Assembly: GCA_050251055.1 (NCBI GenBank)
Contig: JBFWNL010000003.1
Coordinates: forward strand, 96,001-160,000
Direction of reading: 5' to 3'
Origin: Bacteriovoracia bacterium
Lineage (GTDB): Bacteria > Bdellovibrionota > UBA1018 > JBFWNL01
DNA length: 64,000 nucleotides
Made by a program: the position numbers and the translations under genes. Under the pieces are notes generated by a model, which did not search any database, was not told the DNA's origin, and saw only the letters and a list, made by a program, of their open reading frames with translations. Shown here one piece after another: positions 10,030 to 19,944 of this stretch. Every line of letters begins with the position of its first letter. Position 1 is the stretch's first letter.

Positions 10030-10646
10030 AGACCGGAGGCAAAAACCGGGCGATCCCCGTGGTGGGCCTCACCGGCGGCATCGCCGCGGGCAAATCTGCC
10101 GTGGCCCGGTTTTTCGCCGAGGCTGGCGTTCCCGTGCTCGATGCGGACGTGATTTCCCGCGAACTATCGGCGTCGGGAGGAGCAGCCCACGCCACCATCT
10201 CCAAAGAATTCGGAACGACGGATCCGAGTGCATTACGCGAGCAGGTATTCCAGGATCCTTCGGCACGTACAAAGCTTGAATCGATCCTGCATCCGCTCAT
10301 CATCGCCGAGTCCGAGCGGCGTTTTGAGCAGCTAGGCCAGGCCTCGCCTCCGCCGGCCTTCGTGGTTTACGAAGCGGCGCTGCTGGTGGAAACCGGCCGT
10401 TATCGCGAATTCGACGCGCTCGTCGTCGTCGACGCGACCCCTGAGGTCCGCAGAGAGCGGCTGGCAAAACGAAACAAAGATGCCGCTCGGCTCGCCGAAA
10501 AAATTTTGCGCGCCCAGGCTGGCGATGCCGCCCGCTTAAAAGTCGCCACCCACGTGGTCAAGAACTCGGGCTCTCTTGACGAGCTTCGCTCCCAGGTCCA
10601 AAACCTGATCGAAGTCTTCCGCAAACAATTCGCGTCTCCCAAATAA
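10026..10646 (+). CDS. coaE: Dephospho-CoA kinase
   Basis: VGLTGGIAAGKS, LDAD, LESILHP, EAALLVE; GTGA overlap with mazG. Confidence 0.95.
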   Translation: MKTGGKNRAIPVVGLTGGIAAGKSAVARFFAEAGVPVLDADVISRELSASGGAAHATISKEFGTTDPSALREQVFQDPSARTKLESILHPLIIAESERRFEQLGQASPPPAFVVYEAALLVETGRYREFDALVVVDATPEVRRERLAKRNKDAARLAEKILRAQAGDAARLKVATHVVKNSGSLDELRSQVQNLIEVFRKQFASPK

Positions 10647-10748
10647 TCCGCGAAATAATACGGCGCGCCACCATCGAATTCCTTGAACAACGAGGGGAAA
10701 TCCCTTACCGTTTTTGGACATTCTTTCATCTTTTTTAAGGAGAAAATC

Positions 10749-11615
10749 GTGAAAGCGAACCGCCTGCTTTTGGTCGGAGCCATGACTCTGACTACCCCCA
10801 TCCTCGGCTGCAACTTATTCGGATTCATGTCGAGCCCCGGCAACGACGGGCAGTACTTATCCGTCGCGCGGGCTTGCCTGGACAGCGGCGACTTCGCGTG
10901 CGCCTTGGAAAACTACCAGAAGCTCTCCGCCGCTTACGACGACATTCGACTGAGCGAAACCTCGTTCCTCACCTTGGCCCAAAACGGCATGACGATGGGG
11001 GTGTTCATGGAAGCCTTCGGGAACGGCGAAGGCGGCAGCGGGATTCGGGTCATCGCCAATCACTTGGCCGCGAATGCGAATCAAACTACCCGTTTGGCGA
11101 TTTTCGGCGCTTACAGCTCGGTGGACGGCAATACGGCGAATGGCGAAATTGCCAACAGCAGCCTGAAGGGATTCGTAAGATTCGTGGTCTCGCTAGCCTT
11201 AGCCGGGGAAATCCTGGCCGAAGATGCCGACGCCGTCGGCGCCGCCGAGTTCACCTCCGAAGACTTCACGATCGATCCGACGGCATGCCGCGCGGCCGGC
11301 ACGGGAGCCTGCGCCACCACCGGCGGATGCGACAAACCGGCGGCGGCGACCATGACCGACACCGCTGCGACTTTCACCCTTAACGACAGCGACGCCGGCA
11401 CCTCCACGGGGAAGCTCAACACCTCCCTCCCCGACCTGAAAATGTTCCACGCCGCGATCGTGCAAGTCGACGCCGGCTTGACCGCCGCCCAGGCGGGCGG
11501 AAAGTACGGCACCGGAACCGGCGGCTTCGCTAGCCAAATGATCACCGCGGCCACCGCGATTGGCGTGGCCAACAGCCGTTGCTACCGACAATCGCTGCTA
11601 AGCCAAGGCCTCTAA
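10749..11615 (+). CDS. Hypothetical lipoprotein
   Basis: GTG 10749 behind AAGGAG; MKANRLLLVGAMTLTTPILGC lipobox; TPR-like N-terminal helices; several Cys. Confidence 0.75.
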   Translation: MKANRLLLVGAMTLTTPILGCNLFGFMSSPGNDGQYLSVARACLDSGDFACALENYQKLSAAYDDIRLSETSFLTLAQNGMTMGVFMEAFGNGEGGSGIRVIANHLAANANQTTRLAIFGAYSSVDGNTANGEIANSSLKGFVRFVVSLALAGEILAEDADAVGAAEFTSEDFTIDPTACRAAGTGACATTGGCDKPAAATMTDTAATFTLNDSDAGTSTGKLNTSLPDLKMFHAAIVQVDAGLTAAQAGGKYGTGTGGFASQMITAATAIGVANSRCYRQSLLSQGL

Positions 11616-11650
11616 ACCGTCTTTCATCCTAATTGAGCAGGTAAACCGAA

Positions 11651-12805
11651 ATGAACGCGACGAACCCTATGAACAAGCCCATGCTGAAGTATCTCAAGCA
11701 CGCCATCTACGTAGCCCTGGCCGCGCTCTTGGCCGCGATTTTCTTGATGAACAATCCCGCCCAAGCCTACGACAACATCATCAAGCCCTACCAAAGCCCG
11801 CGCTCGTCGGCCATGGGCGGAGTGAAGCTGACCACGGGCCTTTACGATGAAAACTTCTTCGGCAACCCCGCCCGCGTAACGGCGAACCCGAAGTGGAAAG
11901 TACAAATGCCCGACCCGATGCTGGAGTCCACCGTCAGCACCCTGGGGAACATCAATAAGATCATAAAGGCGGACGATAACTTTCTGCAGAGCGTGGGCAG
12001 CACCTCGGGCAGCAACTTACACGTACGCATCCAGATGACTTTTCCTTCGGTGTACCTCCCCGGCGAAAATGATCACTGGGCGTTCGGCCTGATCACCAGC
12101 GTCCAAACGGACTCTGGCCTGCGCAACTCCTTCCAGGTGAACCCCTCGGTGGTAACTGACATCGGCCCGGCCATCACCTACGGCCGAAAGCTCATGGATG
12201 AAGGCCGTCTTTCGGTGGGCGCCACGATGCACGCGATTTATCGCGTCTCTTCCGACGGCTCCACCTCGATGCTCGATGTGATCCAAGGCCGTTCGCTCAG
12301 CCCGCTTGACACCGGCGGCACCGGCTCCATGATCGATTTCGATTTGGGCATGACTTACCGGGTGAACTGGCGGCCGATGGAATTCGACATCAACACCGCC
12401 ATGGCCTTCAACAACCTGCTCGGTGGCAAATACAGCAATCTAGGCATCAAACTCAAGGACACGGGCCGCCTCCCCATTGAACAGCCGCGCACCTTCGGCT
12501 TCGGGATCTCGGCGTCCAAACCCTCGCTTTGGAAATTCACCGACTTCGTACTCGCGCTTGAGTTCCAAGACATCGGGAACAATACGAACGGAAATCTTTT
12601 CCGCGTGGTCCACATTGGGTCAGAAGCGACCTACGGCGTGCTGAAACCACGGCTCGGTTTTAACCAGGGCTATATCGCGGCGGGCTTGGGCCTGGCCTTG
12701 AAGTTCATGGATCTGGACCTTTGTACCTACGGCGAGGAGCTTTCCCTCGTTACAGGCCGCCAACAGGATCGCCGCCTAGCCCTTCGCCTAGCGTTTCAAA
12801 TTTGA
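11651..12805 (+). CDS. Outer-membrane beta-barrel protein (FadL/TraF_2-like)
   Basis: Signal peptide (AQA); SPRSSAMGG...FGNPA N-terminal plug motif; amphipathic strands; RLGFNQGY; C-terminal LRLAFQI. Confidence 0.7.
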   Translation: MNATNPMNKPMLKYLKHAIYVALAALLAAIFLMNNPAQAYDNIIKPYQSPRSSAMGGVKLTTGLYDENFFGNPARVTANPKWKVQMPDPMLESTVSTLGNINKIIKADDNFLQSVGSTSGSNLHVRIQMTFPSVYLPGENDHWAFGLITSVQTDSGLRNSFQVNPSVVTDIGPAITYGRKLMDEGRLSVGATMHAIYRVSSDGSTSMLDVIQGRSLSPLDTGGTGSMIDFDLGMTYRVNWRPMEFDINTAMAFNNLLGGKYSNLGIKLKDTGRLPIEQPRTFGFGISASKPSLWKFTDFVLALEFQDIGNNTNGNLFRVVHIGSEATYGVLKPRLGFNQGYIAAGLGLALKFMDLDLCTYGEELSLVTGRQQDRRLALRLAFQI

Positions 12806-12877
12806 CACGCTTGTCGACCCCCAACCCTCGGGCGTATCATCGAGAGAGTTAAGAAATTCTGAAGGGTTGGTATTACC

Positions 12878-13327
12878 ATGTGGGATTTTCTCTCCGACTC
12901 GGGGGCTTCCGCACCCCGAAACACGCCTAAAAAAACGGCGTCTTATCACCTCATCAAGGCCGTCGTGGACCTCGTGGTGAATTCCGAGGACACGGCCACG
13001 TCTGGCGCGCCAGCTGAAACGTTCCAGGCTTCCGTCTTATTGAATGAGTTGAACTCCATCGGCATGACGCTTTTCACGGCCCGCCATTTCTCGCCGGGGC
13101 AACGAATGTACGTTCGCCTCGAAGGCACGGTGCCCTTTGAAACACCGGCCATGGTCACTTGGTGCCGAGACCTGTATCCGCGCTCGATCATCGTCGGCGC
13201 CACTCAGCCCACCTGTCGATTGGGTTTGAAATACCAGTTCGAGTCCGAGCAGCGCCGCCGCATGGTCGAGCAAGCGTGCTTGGAAATCTACGCCCGCCAC
13301 GTGGCCGTGCGCGAAGAAGCGGCCTAA
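12878..13327 (+). CDS. PilZ-like domain protein
   Basis: LNELNSIGMTLF..F.PGQ...V.L, A.VTWC and LGLKYQF beta-barrel pattern. Confidence 0.65.
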   Translation: MWDFLSDSGASAPRNTPKKTASYHLIKAVVDLVVNSEDTATSGAPAETFQASVLLNELNSIGMTLFTARHFSPGQRMYVRLEGTVPFETPAMVTWCRDLYPRSIIVGATQPTCRLGLKYQFESEQRRRMVEQACLEIYARHVAVREEAA

Positions 13328-13336
13328 GGCACCCCC

Positions 13337-14494
13337 CTAAGCCATTAGCGTAATGAACTCATCCCAGTGATGACGAAGCTTCGCCTTCAAGCGCAGGATC
13401 GCTTGGGTGTGCAACTGGCTGACGCGGGACTCGGTCACGTCGAGCACGCGGCCGATTTCCTTGAGGTTAAGATCCTCGTAATAATAAAGCGAAAGCACCA
13501 GGCGTTGCTTTTCGGGCAGGTCGGCGATGGCGTCGGCGATCATCTTCTTGACCGAGGCCACGTTCACTTCGCTAAACGGGTTGCTCGCCTTGGTGTTCCC
13601 GGTCTCATTGAGATTGATCAGATTGCGCCGATCGGCCTTCGAGAAGTTAGACACGTCGTCGAAGGAAAGGAGCGACACGCTACGCACCTGATTGAGCATG
13701 TCGTGATACTCGTCCTGCGAGATATTCAGCTCCGCGCAGACTTCTTCGTCGGTCGCCTGCCGGCCTTTCTGCTGCTCGATCTTGTTATAAACGCGTTCGA
13801 GGACCTTGGCTTTCTCGCGCACGGAGCGCGGCACCCAGTCCTGGGCGCGTAGTTCGTCGAGAATCGCGCCGCGGATGCGGAATTCGGCGTAAGTTTTGAA
13901 CTTGTTATCGCGTGAGCTATCGTATTTCTCGATCGCGTCCATGAGCCCGATCACGCCCGAGCTGATCAGGTCGTCGAGCTCGATATTCGCGGGCAAGCGC
14001 GCGGCAATGCGCTGGGCGATGTACTTGATGAGCGGCGAGTATTCGATAATCAGCTTTTCGCGGGTCATGTTGACCGGCGTGTAGTCTTCCTTCACGAGCG
14101 CGGAGGTCGCCTTGGAGTCCTGCTTCAGCTCTTTTTCGATCTCGAGCTGAAGCGCTTCCTCTTCCTGCTTCGCGGTCTCGGCGGCGACAACTTCGTCGAC
14201 CGCCTTTTCGACTTCCACCGGCGTGCCCTTGCCCGGCTTCTTCTTCTGCTCCTTGGCCGAATCTTTCGCCTTTTCCTTCGGCGTTTCTTTCTCGTTTTTC
14301 TTGCGGGCCGGCGTGGCGGCGATCGGCGCTTTCTTGGTCGCGTAGGCGGCCGTCGCGACCGCGGCCTTACCCGTCGGCTTCGTCGCGGTTTTGGGGCTCG
14401 CTTTCACCGCGGCTTTGGGCGCCGCCTTAGCGGACGACTTCGTCAGCGTTTTCGATGTTTCGCGATACTTACGGAGGCCTTCCGCTACTGACAT
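13337..14494 (-). CDS. fliA: Flagellar sigma factor FliA/WhiG with long N-terminal extension
   Basis: DDLISSGVIGL, FKTYAEFRIRGAILDELRAQDW, LYYYEDLNLKEIG.VL.VTESRVSQLH; SD GAGGTG upstream of 14494. Confidence 0.95.
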   Translation of the reverse strand: MSVAEGLRKYRETSKTLTKSSAKAAPKAAVKASPKTATKPTGKAAVATAAYATKKAPIAATPARKKNEKETPKEKAKDSAKEQKKKPGKGTPVEVEKAVDEVVAAETAKQEEEALQLEIEKELKQDSKATSALVKEDYTPVNMTREKLIIEYSPLIKYIAQRIAARLPANIELDDLISSGVIGLMDAIEKYDSSRDNKFKTYAEFRIRGAILDELRAQDWVPRSVREKAKVLERVYNKIEQQKGRQATDEEVCAELNISQDEYHDMLNQVRSVSLLSFDDVSNFSKADRRNLINLNETGNTKASNPFSEVNVASVKKMIADAIADLPEKQRLVLSLYYYEDLNLKEIGRVLDVTESRVSQLHTQAILRLKAKLRHHWDEFITLMA

Positions 14495-15330
14495 TGTCTC
14501 ACCTCACTCCATGGCGTTAACGGGTTCCGCCAATCCAACAGGCGCTTGGAAATCATTTCCACGCAGCTTGCCGACGGATCCCCTGCATACAAGTCTACCA
14601 GAAATTCACCGCGATTCACGGTCTGATTTATTTTTTGGTCGTCAATCCAATGACCCAAGTAATCAAGTTCGACGCCGAACTTGCGCCGCGCGGCCGTGCG
14701 CAGCTCGCGGATTATTTCGCTCGCGGCCGCGGCGCTCCGTACTTGGTTTATAATCACGCCGGCCCGACGGATCCCGCGTTTCTCACGCAATATTTTCAGC
14801 AATGCATGATGCGACTTCATCGTCGCTTCGCGTCCGGTCAGGCGTGCGTTCACGACCATGACGTTGAGAAATTTCGAGCGAATCAGGCTCGGCATGCGCT
14901 CGTCCTCGGCGCTCCCCGCATCCACCAGCGCTAGCCCATCCGTTCCGCCCACGGCGCGCAGGCGCTCCTCTACTCCATCCAGGAATTTAAGCCCCTGACT
15001 GTCAATGGATTGACTCTCGTTTTCCCCATCGCAGGGAAAAACTCGGCGCGCCTCTTCCGCGTGCAAGGCGAAGCCCTTCGAACGACAAACGGGCGAAGAC
15101 CCTAAGCCGGGGTCCGCGAGCAGCACCCGCTCGCCCGCGCGACCGAGCGTCCGGGCTAAATTCATCAGCAAAGAACTCCGGCCGCCCCCCGGGGTCGCGC
15201 TGCAGAAAGCAACTACCCCCAAGCCCCGCGCGGCGGGTGCGGGGATCTCCCCTGGCCTTTCCGGGAGAGGTGAGGGCGCCGTGGCGGCATCCGTCATGAG
15301 TCTGCGTAAAGTTTCCGCTTGGTCGGACAT
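14485..15330 (-). CDS. flhG: FlhG/FleN (MinD-like) protein with degenerate ATPase motifs
   Basis: Located between flhF and fliA; N-terminal DQAETLR helix; C-terminal half matches the family (IINQV, YLG..D, P.S.C); Walker A is degenerate. Confidence 0.75.
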   Translation of the reverse strand: MSDQAETLRRLMTDAATAPSPLPERPGEIPAPAARGLGVVAFCSATPGGGRSSLLMNLARTLGRAGERVLLADPGLGSSPVCRSKGFALHAEEARRVFPCDGENESQSIDSQGLKFLDGVEERLRAVGGTDGLALVDAGSAEDERMPSLIRSKFLNVMVVNARLTGREATMKSHHALLKILREKRGIRRAGVIINQVRSAAAASEIIRELRTAARRKFGVELDYLGHWIDDQKINQTVNRGEFLVDLYAGDPSASCVEMISKRLLDWRNPLTPWSEVRQCQ

Positions 15331-15347
15331 CCTAAAAACCCGCCGAA

Positions 15348-16763
15348 TTAAAGGTCGAGCACGAGGGCCGCTAGCCGCTCCGCCGTCGCTTCCTCGATGT
15401 CTTCGGGCACGCGTTGGCCGGTGGTGAAATACATCAGGGGGAGCTTTAATCGGTGCGACACGTTGTAAATCGATCCATAGACCAGGGCTTCATCCAGCTT
15501 GGAGAGAATCAACCCTCCTGGCTTGAACCCGGAAAAGCGCTTACCGATGTCATAGAGCTCCGTATCACGCGTGGTCGAAGACAGCACGAGCGCGGTACGC
15601 AGGTTCGGAACCGCCGCGAGAAGATCCCGCATCTGGTTCAGGTGCTCCATATCCCGCTGCGAGCGTCCAGTCGTGTCGATCAGGACGACGTCGAAGCGAT
15701 TAAACTCCTGCAAGGCGACGCGCAACTCTTCGGCGTCGGCAACCGATCGGAACGGCACGTTGAGAATCTTCGCGTAAGTGGAAAGCTGGTCGGCCGCCGC
15801 GATCTTGTAACTGTCGACATTAATTAAGCCTACCTTCAAGCCACGGTTAAGTACCGCGTCGCTTGCGATCTTCGCCAAAGTCGTGGTCTTCCCCACGCCC
15901 GTGGGTCCCAAGAGCGCGATCGCGGCGGGAGGATGGGAAGCGTCGGCGGATTTGGGGGTGATGCCTTCAAGCAAGGAGGCGACCTCGATCGTGCCCACCA
16001 GCTCTTCGGCCACCTGGTCCATCACCTGGTCCGGAGATTCGGCATCTTTTCCGTCGAGCGCGAAAACCGCCTGCTTCACGAGCAGATGCGCGTGCTTTTT
16101 TTCCAGACCGTTTACCACGAGCAGTTCGTAGCTGTCGCGCACGGCCGGATTGTTGAAAGCCGGCGCGGCGCCCATGGAGGGCGATCCCGATGCCCCCGAA
16201 GTAGCGGCGATTTCCTGGGAGCTCTTCATCTCGCCAAGCATTTGCTTCAGCTCGTCGATCTCCTGTCTGATCGCATCTTTGATCGGCGGCGTTCCGACGG
16301 CGGGCGATAGCACGGTACGCACGCTCGGGGCGGACGCGACGGGTCCGGGCGACGCCGAGGCGCCGGAGGAAACCGGCGGGGTATCGATGTCGATGTAGCG
16401 CGTGGCCGTGAGCTTACGCGACTGGCGAGCATCCGACGTTCCGGAAGCCCCGGGACGGGTAGCCGTGGGATAACGATCCAGGGTTTTCTGGGGATATCTC
16501 TCCAAGATCTCGGCCTGCTTGGACGCGGGAAGCTTCTGCATGGCCTCGACGGTTCCCGTCGGCAGCTTCGTTTCCAACGTCTTTTTCTTTTGCAACGACT
16601 TCTCCGAAACCGCCGCGGTCACCTCGACCGAGGACTTCGAAAGCAGCCCGAACCCGCCGCGAATATTCTTGGTCTGCAGGATGATCGCATCCGGCCCCAG
16701 ATCCCGCTTGATGGTCTCCAGTGCCTCTTGGATCGTAGGCGCTTCGAATTTCTTAACTTGCAT
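15348..16763 (-). CDS. flhF: Flagellar SRP-type GTPase FlhF
   Basis: MQVKKFEAPT..EAL..IK.DLG.DAIIL; GPTGVGKTTT, DSYKIAA.DQL, DTTGRS, SKLDE, GQRVPEDI. Confidence 0.97.
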   Translation of the reverse strand: MQVKKFEAPTIQEALETIKRDLGPDAIILQTKNIRGGFGLLSKSSVEVTAAVSEKSLQKKKTLETKLPTGTVEAMQKLPASKQAEILERYPQKTLDRYPTATRPGASGTSDARQSRKLTATRYIDIDTPPVSSGASASPGPVASAPSVRTVLSPAVGTPPIKDAIRQEIDELKQMLGEMKSSQEIAATSGASGSPSMGAAPAFNNPAVRDSYELLVVNGLEKKHAHLLVKQAVFALDGKDAESPDQVMDQVAEELVGTIEVASLLEGITPKSADASHPPAAIALLGPTGVGKTTTLAKIASDAVLNRGLKVGLINVDSYKIAAADQLSTYAKILNVPFRSVADAEELRVALQEFNRFDVVLIDTTGRSQRDMEHLNQMRDLLAAVPNLRTALVLSSTTRDTELYDIGKRFSGFKPGGLILSKLDEALVYGSIYNVSHRLKLPLMYFTTGQRVPEDIEEATAERLAALVLDL

Positions 16764-18834
16764 GCGCTAACCTCACGGTGTCGAAAGCCCGCACGTTCAC
16801 GTTCGAGCTAATCTCATTATGGGACAAAACCACGATATTGGGAATGAAGCGGTCAATTAGTGACTTCAAATGCATTCGAATCACGGGCGAGCAAAGCACG
16901 ATCGTGTTGTTCGTCTCGGTGGCGATTTCGATAGCCTTCCGATTTAGTTCGGCAATAAATTGGCGTACGAACTCCGGGTCGACCGACAGCTGCTGACCTT
17001 GATCGGTCTGGATAATGCCGGAAGCGATTGTTTCCTCAATCGACTTATCGAGCGTGAGCAGCTTGATCTCTCCCGCGTCGCCCACGAGCTTCTTGGTGAT
17101 GGTCCGCCCCAGGGCAGTGCGGACGCTCTCGGTGAGCACCCCGGGATCCTTGATCATGGGCGCGCTTTCCGCCAGGGCCTCCAAGATCGTGCGCAAATCC
17201 CGAATGGACACGCCTTCCTTCAGCAGGTTCTTGAGCACCTTCAGCACCGTACTCACGGGCAGCACATTGGGAATCAGATCTTCGATGACTTTCGGGGCCA
17301 CCTGCTTGAGCGAATCCAGCAGCGTCTGCAATTCCTGTCGACCCACCAGCTCCTGCGCGTTTTGGCGAATCAGCTCGGTGAGGTGCGTGGCGATCACGGT
17401 GGAGAGATCGACCACCGTGTAACCCGCGAAGGTGGCATCTTCCTTTTGCTTGTCCGTGATCCAAAGCGCGTCGAGCCCGAATGCCGGCTCCTTCGTGGGT
17501 ACCCCGGAAATACGATCGGTGACATTGCCCGGATCCATGGCCAGCAGGTGACCCACCATGAGCGACCCCGATCCAATGGACACGCCCTTGAGCAGCACCT
17601 GGTAGTCGCCCGGCTTGAGCTCGAGATTGTCCCGAATCCGAAGCGGCGGCACGATAATGCCGAGATCGAGCGCGAATTGCTTGCGGATGTTGGAGATGCG
17701 TTCCAGCAAATCGCCGTTTTGTTCGGCATCCACGATGTTGATTAGCCCGTAGCCGACTTCCAGCTCGAGTAAGTCGACCGAGAGAAGGCTTTCGAGCTTT
17801 TCGGCGGCGGGCTTGAGCTTGTCTTTCTCCGCCTCGCGCGCCTTGCGCGCTTCCTCCGCGCGTTCCTTCTGGTACAAGCGGTAGGCTACGAAACCCAGCG
17901 CCCCGCCGATCATAAAAAATGGAATCGTGGGCAGTCCGGGCACGATCCCCAGGAATCCCATGACGCCGGAGGCCGCGAAAAGCGCCTTATAGTGGGTGAA
18001 AAGCTGCTTGGTGAATTCCTTACCCAGGTTGTTGCCGCTGGCGGTACGCGTGACGATGATACCGGCCGCGGTGGAAATAATGAGCGCCGGAATCTGGCTG
18101 ACCAGTCCATCACCGATCGTGAGCAAGGTAAAAGTCTTGGCCGCATCGGCGATCCCCATCCCATTTTGCAACGTGCCGATGATGATGCCACCGATGATAT
18201 TTACGGCGACGATGAGAATCCCCGCGATCGCGTCCCCGCGGACGAACTTGCTCGCGCCGTCCATGGCCCCGTAAAAATCCGCTTCCTCGGATATCTCCTT
18301 GCGGCGTTTACGGGCGGTTTCTTCGTTGATCGTGCCGGCGTTCAGATCGGCGTCGATGGCCATCTGTTTACCGGGCATGGCGTCCAAGGTAAAGCGCGCT
18401 GCGACTTCGGCGACGCGGCCGGCGCCCTTGGTGATGACGATGAAGTTGATGATCACCAGGATCGTGAAGATCACGAGACCGACGGCGTAGTTGCCACCCA
18501 CGACGAACTCGCCGAATGCCTGAATAACGTGCCCGGCGGCCCCGGCCCCGTCAGTTCCCCCGCGCAGCAAGACCACCCGGGTCGTGGCCACGTTCACGGA
18601 AAGCCGAAAGAGCGTGGTGATCAAGAGCAAGGTCGGGAACAAGCTGAACTCGAGCGCCTTGTTGACGTATACCGAGGTGAGGAGCAAGACCACGGCGGCG
18701 GCGATGCCGAGCACCAGCATGAGATCGATCATGAAGGGTGGTAGCGGCACTACCATCACGGCCAGGATCCCCATCAGGCCAATGGCCAGGAACAGATCCG
18801 GATTCTTACGCAATCTATCTAACCATATCGCCAT
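16753..18834 (-). CDS. flhA: Flagellar export protein FlhA
   Basis: FHIPEP motif RVAEVAARFTLDAMPGKQMAIDADL; FYGAMDGASKFVRGDAIAG. Confidence 0.98.
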   Translation of the reverse strand: MAIWLDRLRKNPDLFLAIGLMGILAVMVVPLPPFMIDLMLVLGIAAAVVLLLTSVYVNKALEFSLFPTLLLITTLFRLSVNVATTRVVLLRGGTDGAGAAGHVIQAFGEFVVGGNYAVGLVIFTILVIINFIVITKGAGRVAEVAARFTLDAMPGKQMAIDADLNAGTINEETARKRRKEISEEADFYGAMDGASKFVRGDAIAGILIVAVNIIGGIIIGTLQNGMGIADAAKTFTLLTIGDGLVSQIPALIISTAAGIIVTRTASGNNLGKEFTKQLFTHYKALFAASGVMGFLGIVPGLPTIPFFMIGGALGFVAYRLYQKERAEEARKAREAEKDKLKPAAEKLESLLSVDLLELEVGYGLINIVDAEQNGDLLERISNIRKQFALDLGIIVPPLRIRDNLELKPGDYQVLLKGVSIGSGSLMVGHLLAMDPGNVTDRISGVPTKEPAFGLDALWITDKQKEDATFAGYTVVDLSTVIATHLTELIRQNAQELVGRQELQTLLDSLKQVAPKVIEDLIPNVLPVSTVLKVLKNLLKEGVSIRDLRTILEALAESAPMIKDPGVLTESVRTALGRTITKKLVGDAGEIKLLTLDKSIEETIASGIIQTDQGQQLSVDPEFVRQFIAELNRKAIEIATETNNTIVLCSPVIRMHLKSLIDRFIPNIVVLSHNEISSNVNVRAFDTVRLAHAS

Positions 18835-18837
18835 GGC

Positions 18838-19932
18838 TTAGAATCCTCCTCGTCCAGACTTCATCTTGTAAACGAACGCCAAGACCTCGGCGACCGCCTG
18901 GTACAGCGCCCGCGGAATGCTTTGGCCTACTTTCACCGTCTTGAATAATGTTCTCGCCAACGGCACGTTTTCCACCGTCGGCACGCCCGCATCCGCGGCG
19001 ATTTTCTTGATCTTCTGCGCGATGAAGTCCGCGCCCTTGGCGACTACCTTCGGCGCCGCCATCTTGTCTTTCTGGTAGCTCAGCGCAATCGCGATGTGGG
19101 TCGGGTTGGTGACGATCACGTCCGCTTTCTTCACCGCCTCCATCATGCGTTTACGCGCTTGATCGCGTTGCAGCGCTTTCACGCGCGCTTTGATGAGGGG
19201 ATCCCCTTCGTGTTCTTTATGCTCTTCTTTCGCCTCTTGCTTCGTCAAGCGTACCGATTTCCCGAACTCCCACTTCTGTAGCCAGAAATCGCCGGCCGCG
19301 AAGATGATCAAGATCGCGGTAAGCACCAGGAAGATGACCTTGGTGCTCGAGTCGAAAGCCCCCAATATCGACGAAGGATCGTTCAAGATGTAACTCGACG
19401 CCTTGCGGACATCGGGTTTGAGCAGCAGGTAGGCCACCCCGGCCACGACGATGGCCTTGAACAACATACGCACGGAGTCTAGCGCGTGCTTCATCGAAAA
19501 CAGGCGCTGCAGTCCCTTGAGCGGGTTGATTTTTTCCAGGTCCGGGGTCAGCGGCTCGGTGGAAAACACGTTTCCAACCTGAAAATAGCTCGCGGCGATG
19601 CCCACGATAAAGCCCACGATCGAGATCGGCAGACCGATACCCGCCAGAACCTTCATGGTCTTGCCCAAAAGCGCCCAAAGTGTTTCCTGCTTGCCTAAGT
19701 CCAGGTGCGACATCGCGTCCACCCGGAAAACGTCCTGCATGAATTCAGAGAGTTGTTGGCCCATCGAAGGCGCCATGGCGTAGGCAGCCAGCCCCGTGGC
19801 GAGCAGGCAGAACATCCCCGAAAGCTCCTTGCTCTGGGCGACGCGGCCTTGCTTCCGAAACTCCTCCAACCGGTAAGGCGACGCCTCGTCGGATAAGTCT
19901 TCGGTTGATCGGTCTTCCTTCTCCTGCGCCAA
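18838..19932 (-). CDS. flhB: Flagellar export switch protein FlhB
   Basis: EGDP, NPTH autocleavage motif, APKVVAKG, ENVPLAR; TTG start behind GAGG. Confidence 0.97.
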   Translation of the reverse strand: MAQEKEDRSTEDLSDEASPYRLEEFRKQGRVAQSKELSGMFCLLATGLAAYAMAPSMGQQLSEFMQDVFRVDAMSHLDLGKQETLWALLGKTMKVLAGIGLPISIVGFIVGIAASYFQVGNVFSTEPLTPDLEKINPLKGLQRLFSMKHALDSVRMLFKAIVVAGVAYLLLKPDVRKASSYILNDPSSILGAFDSSTKVIFLVLTAILIIFAAGDFWLQKWEFGKSVRLTKQEAKEEHKEHEGDPLIKARVKALQRDQARKRMMEAVKKADVIVTNPTHIAIALSYQKDKMAAPKVVAKGADFIAQKIKKIAADAGVPTVENVPLARTLFKTVKVGQSIPRALYQAVAEVLAFVYKMKSGRGGF

Positions 19933-19944
19933 CTGACTTCCCTC

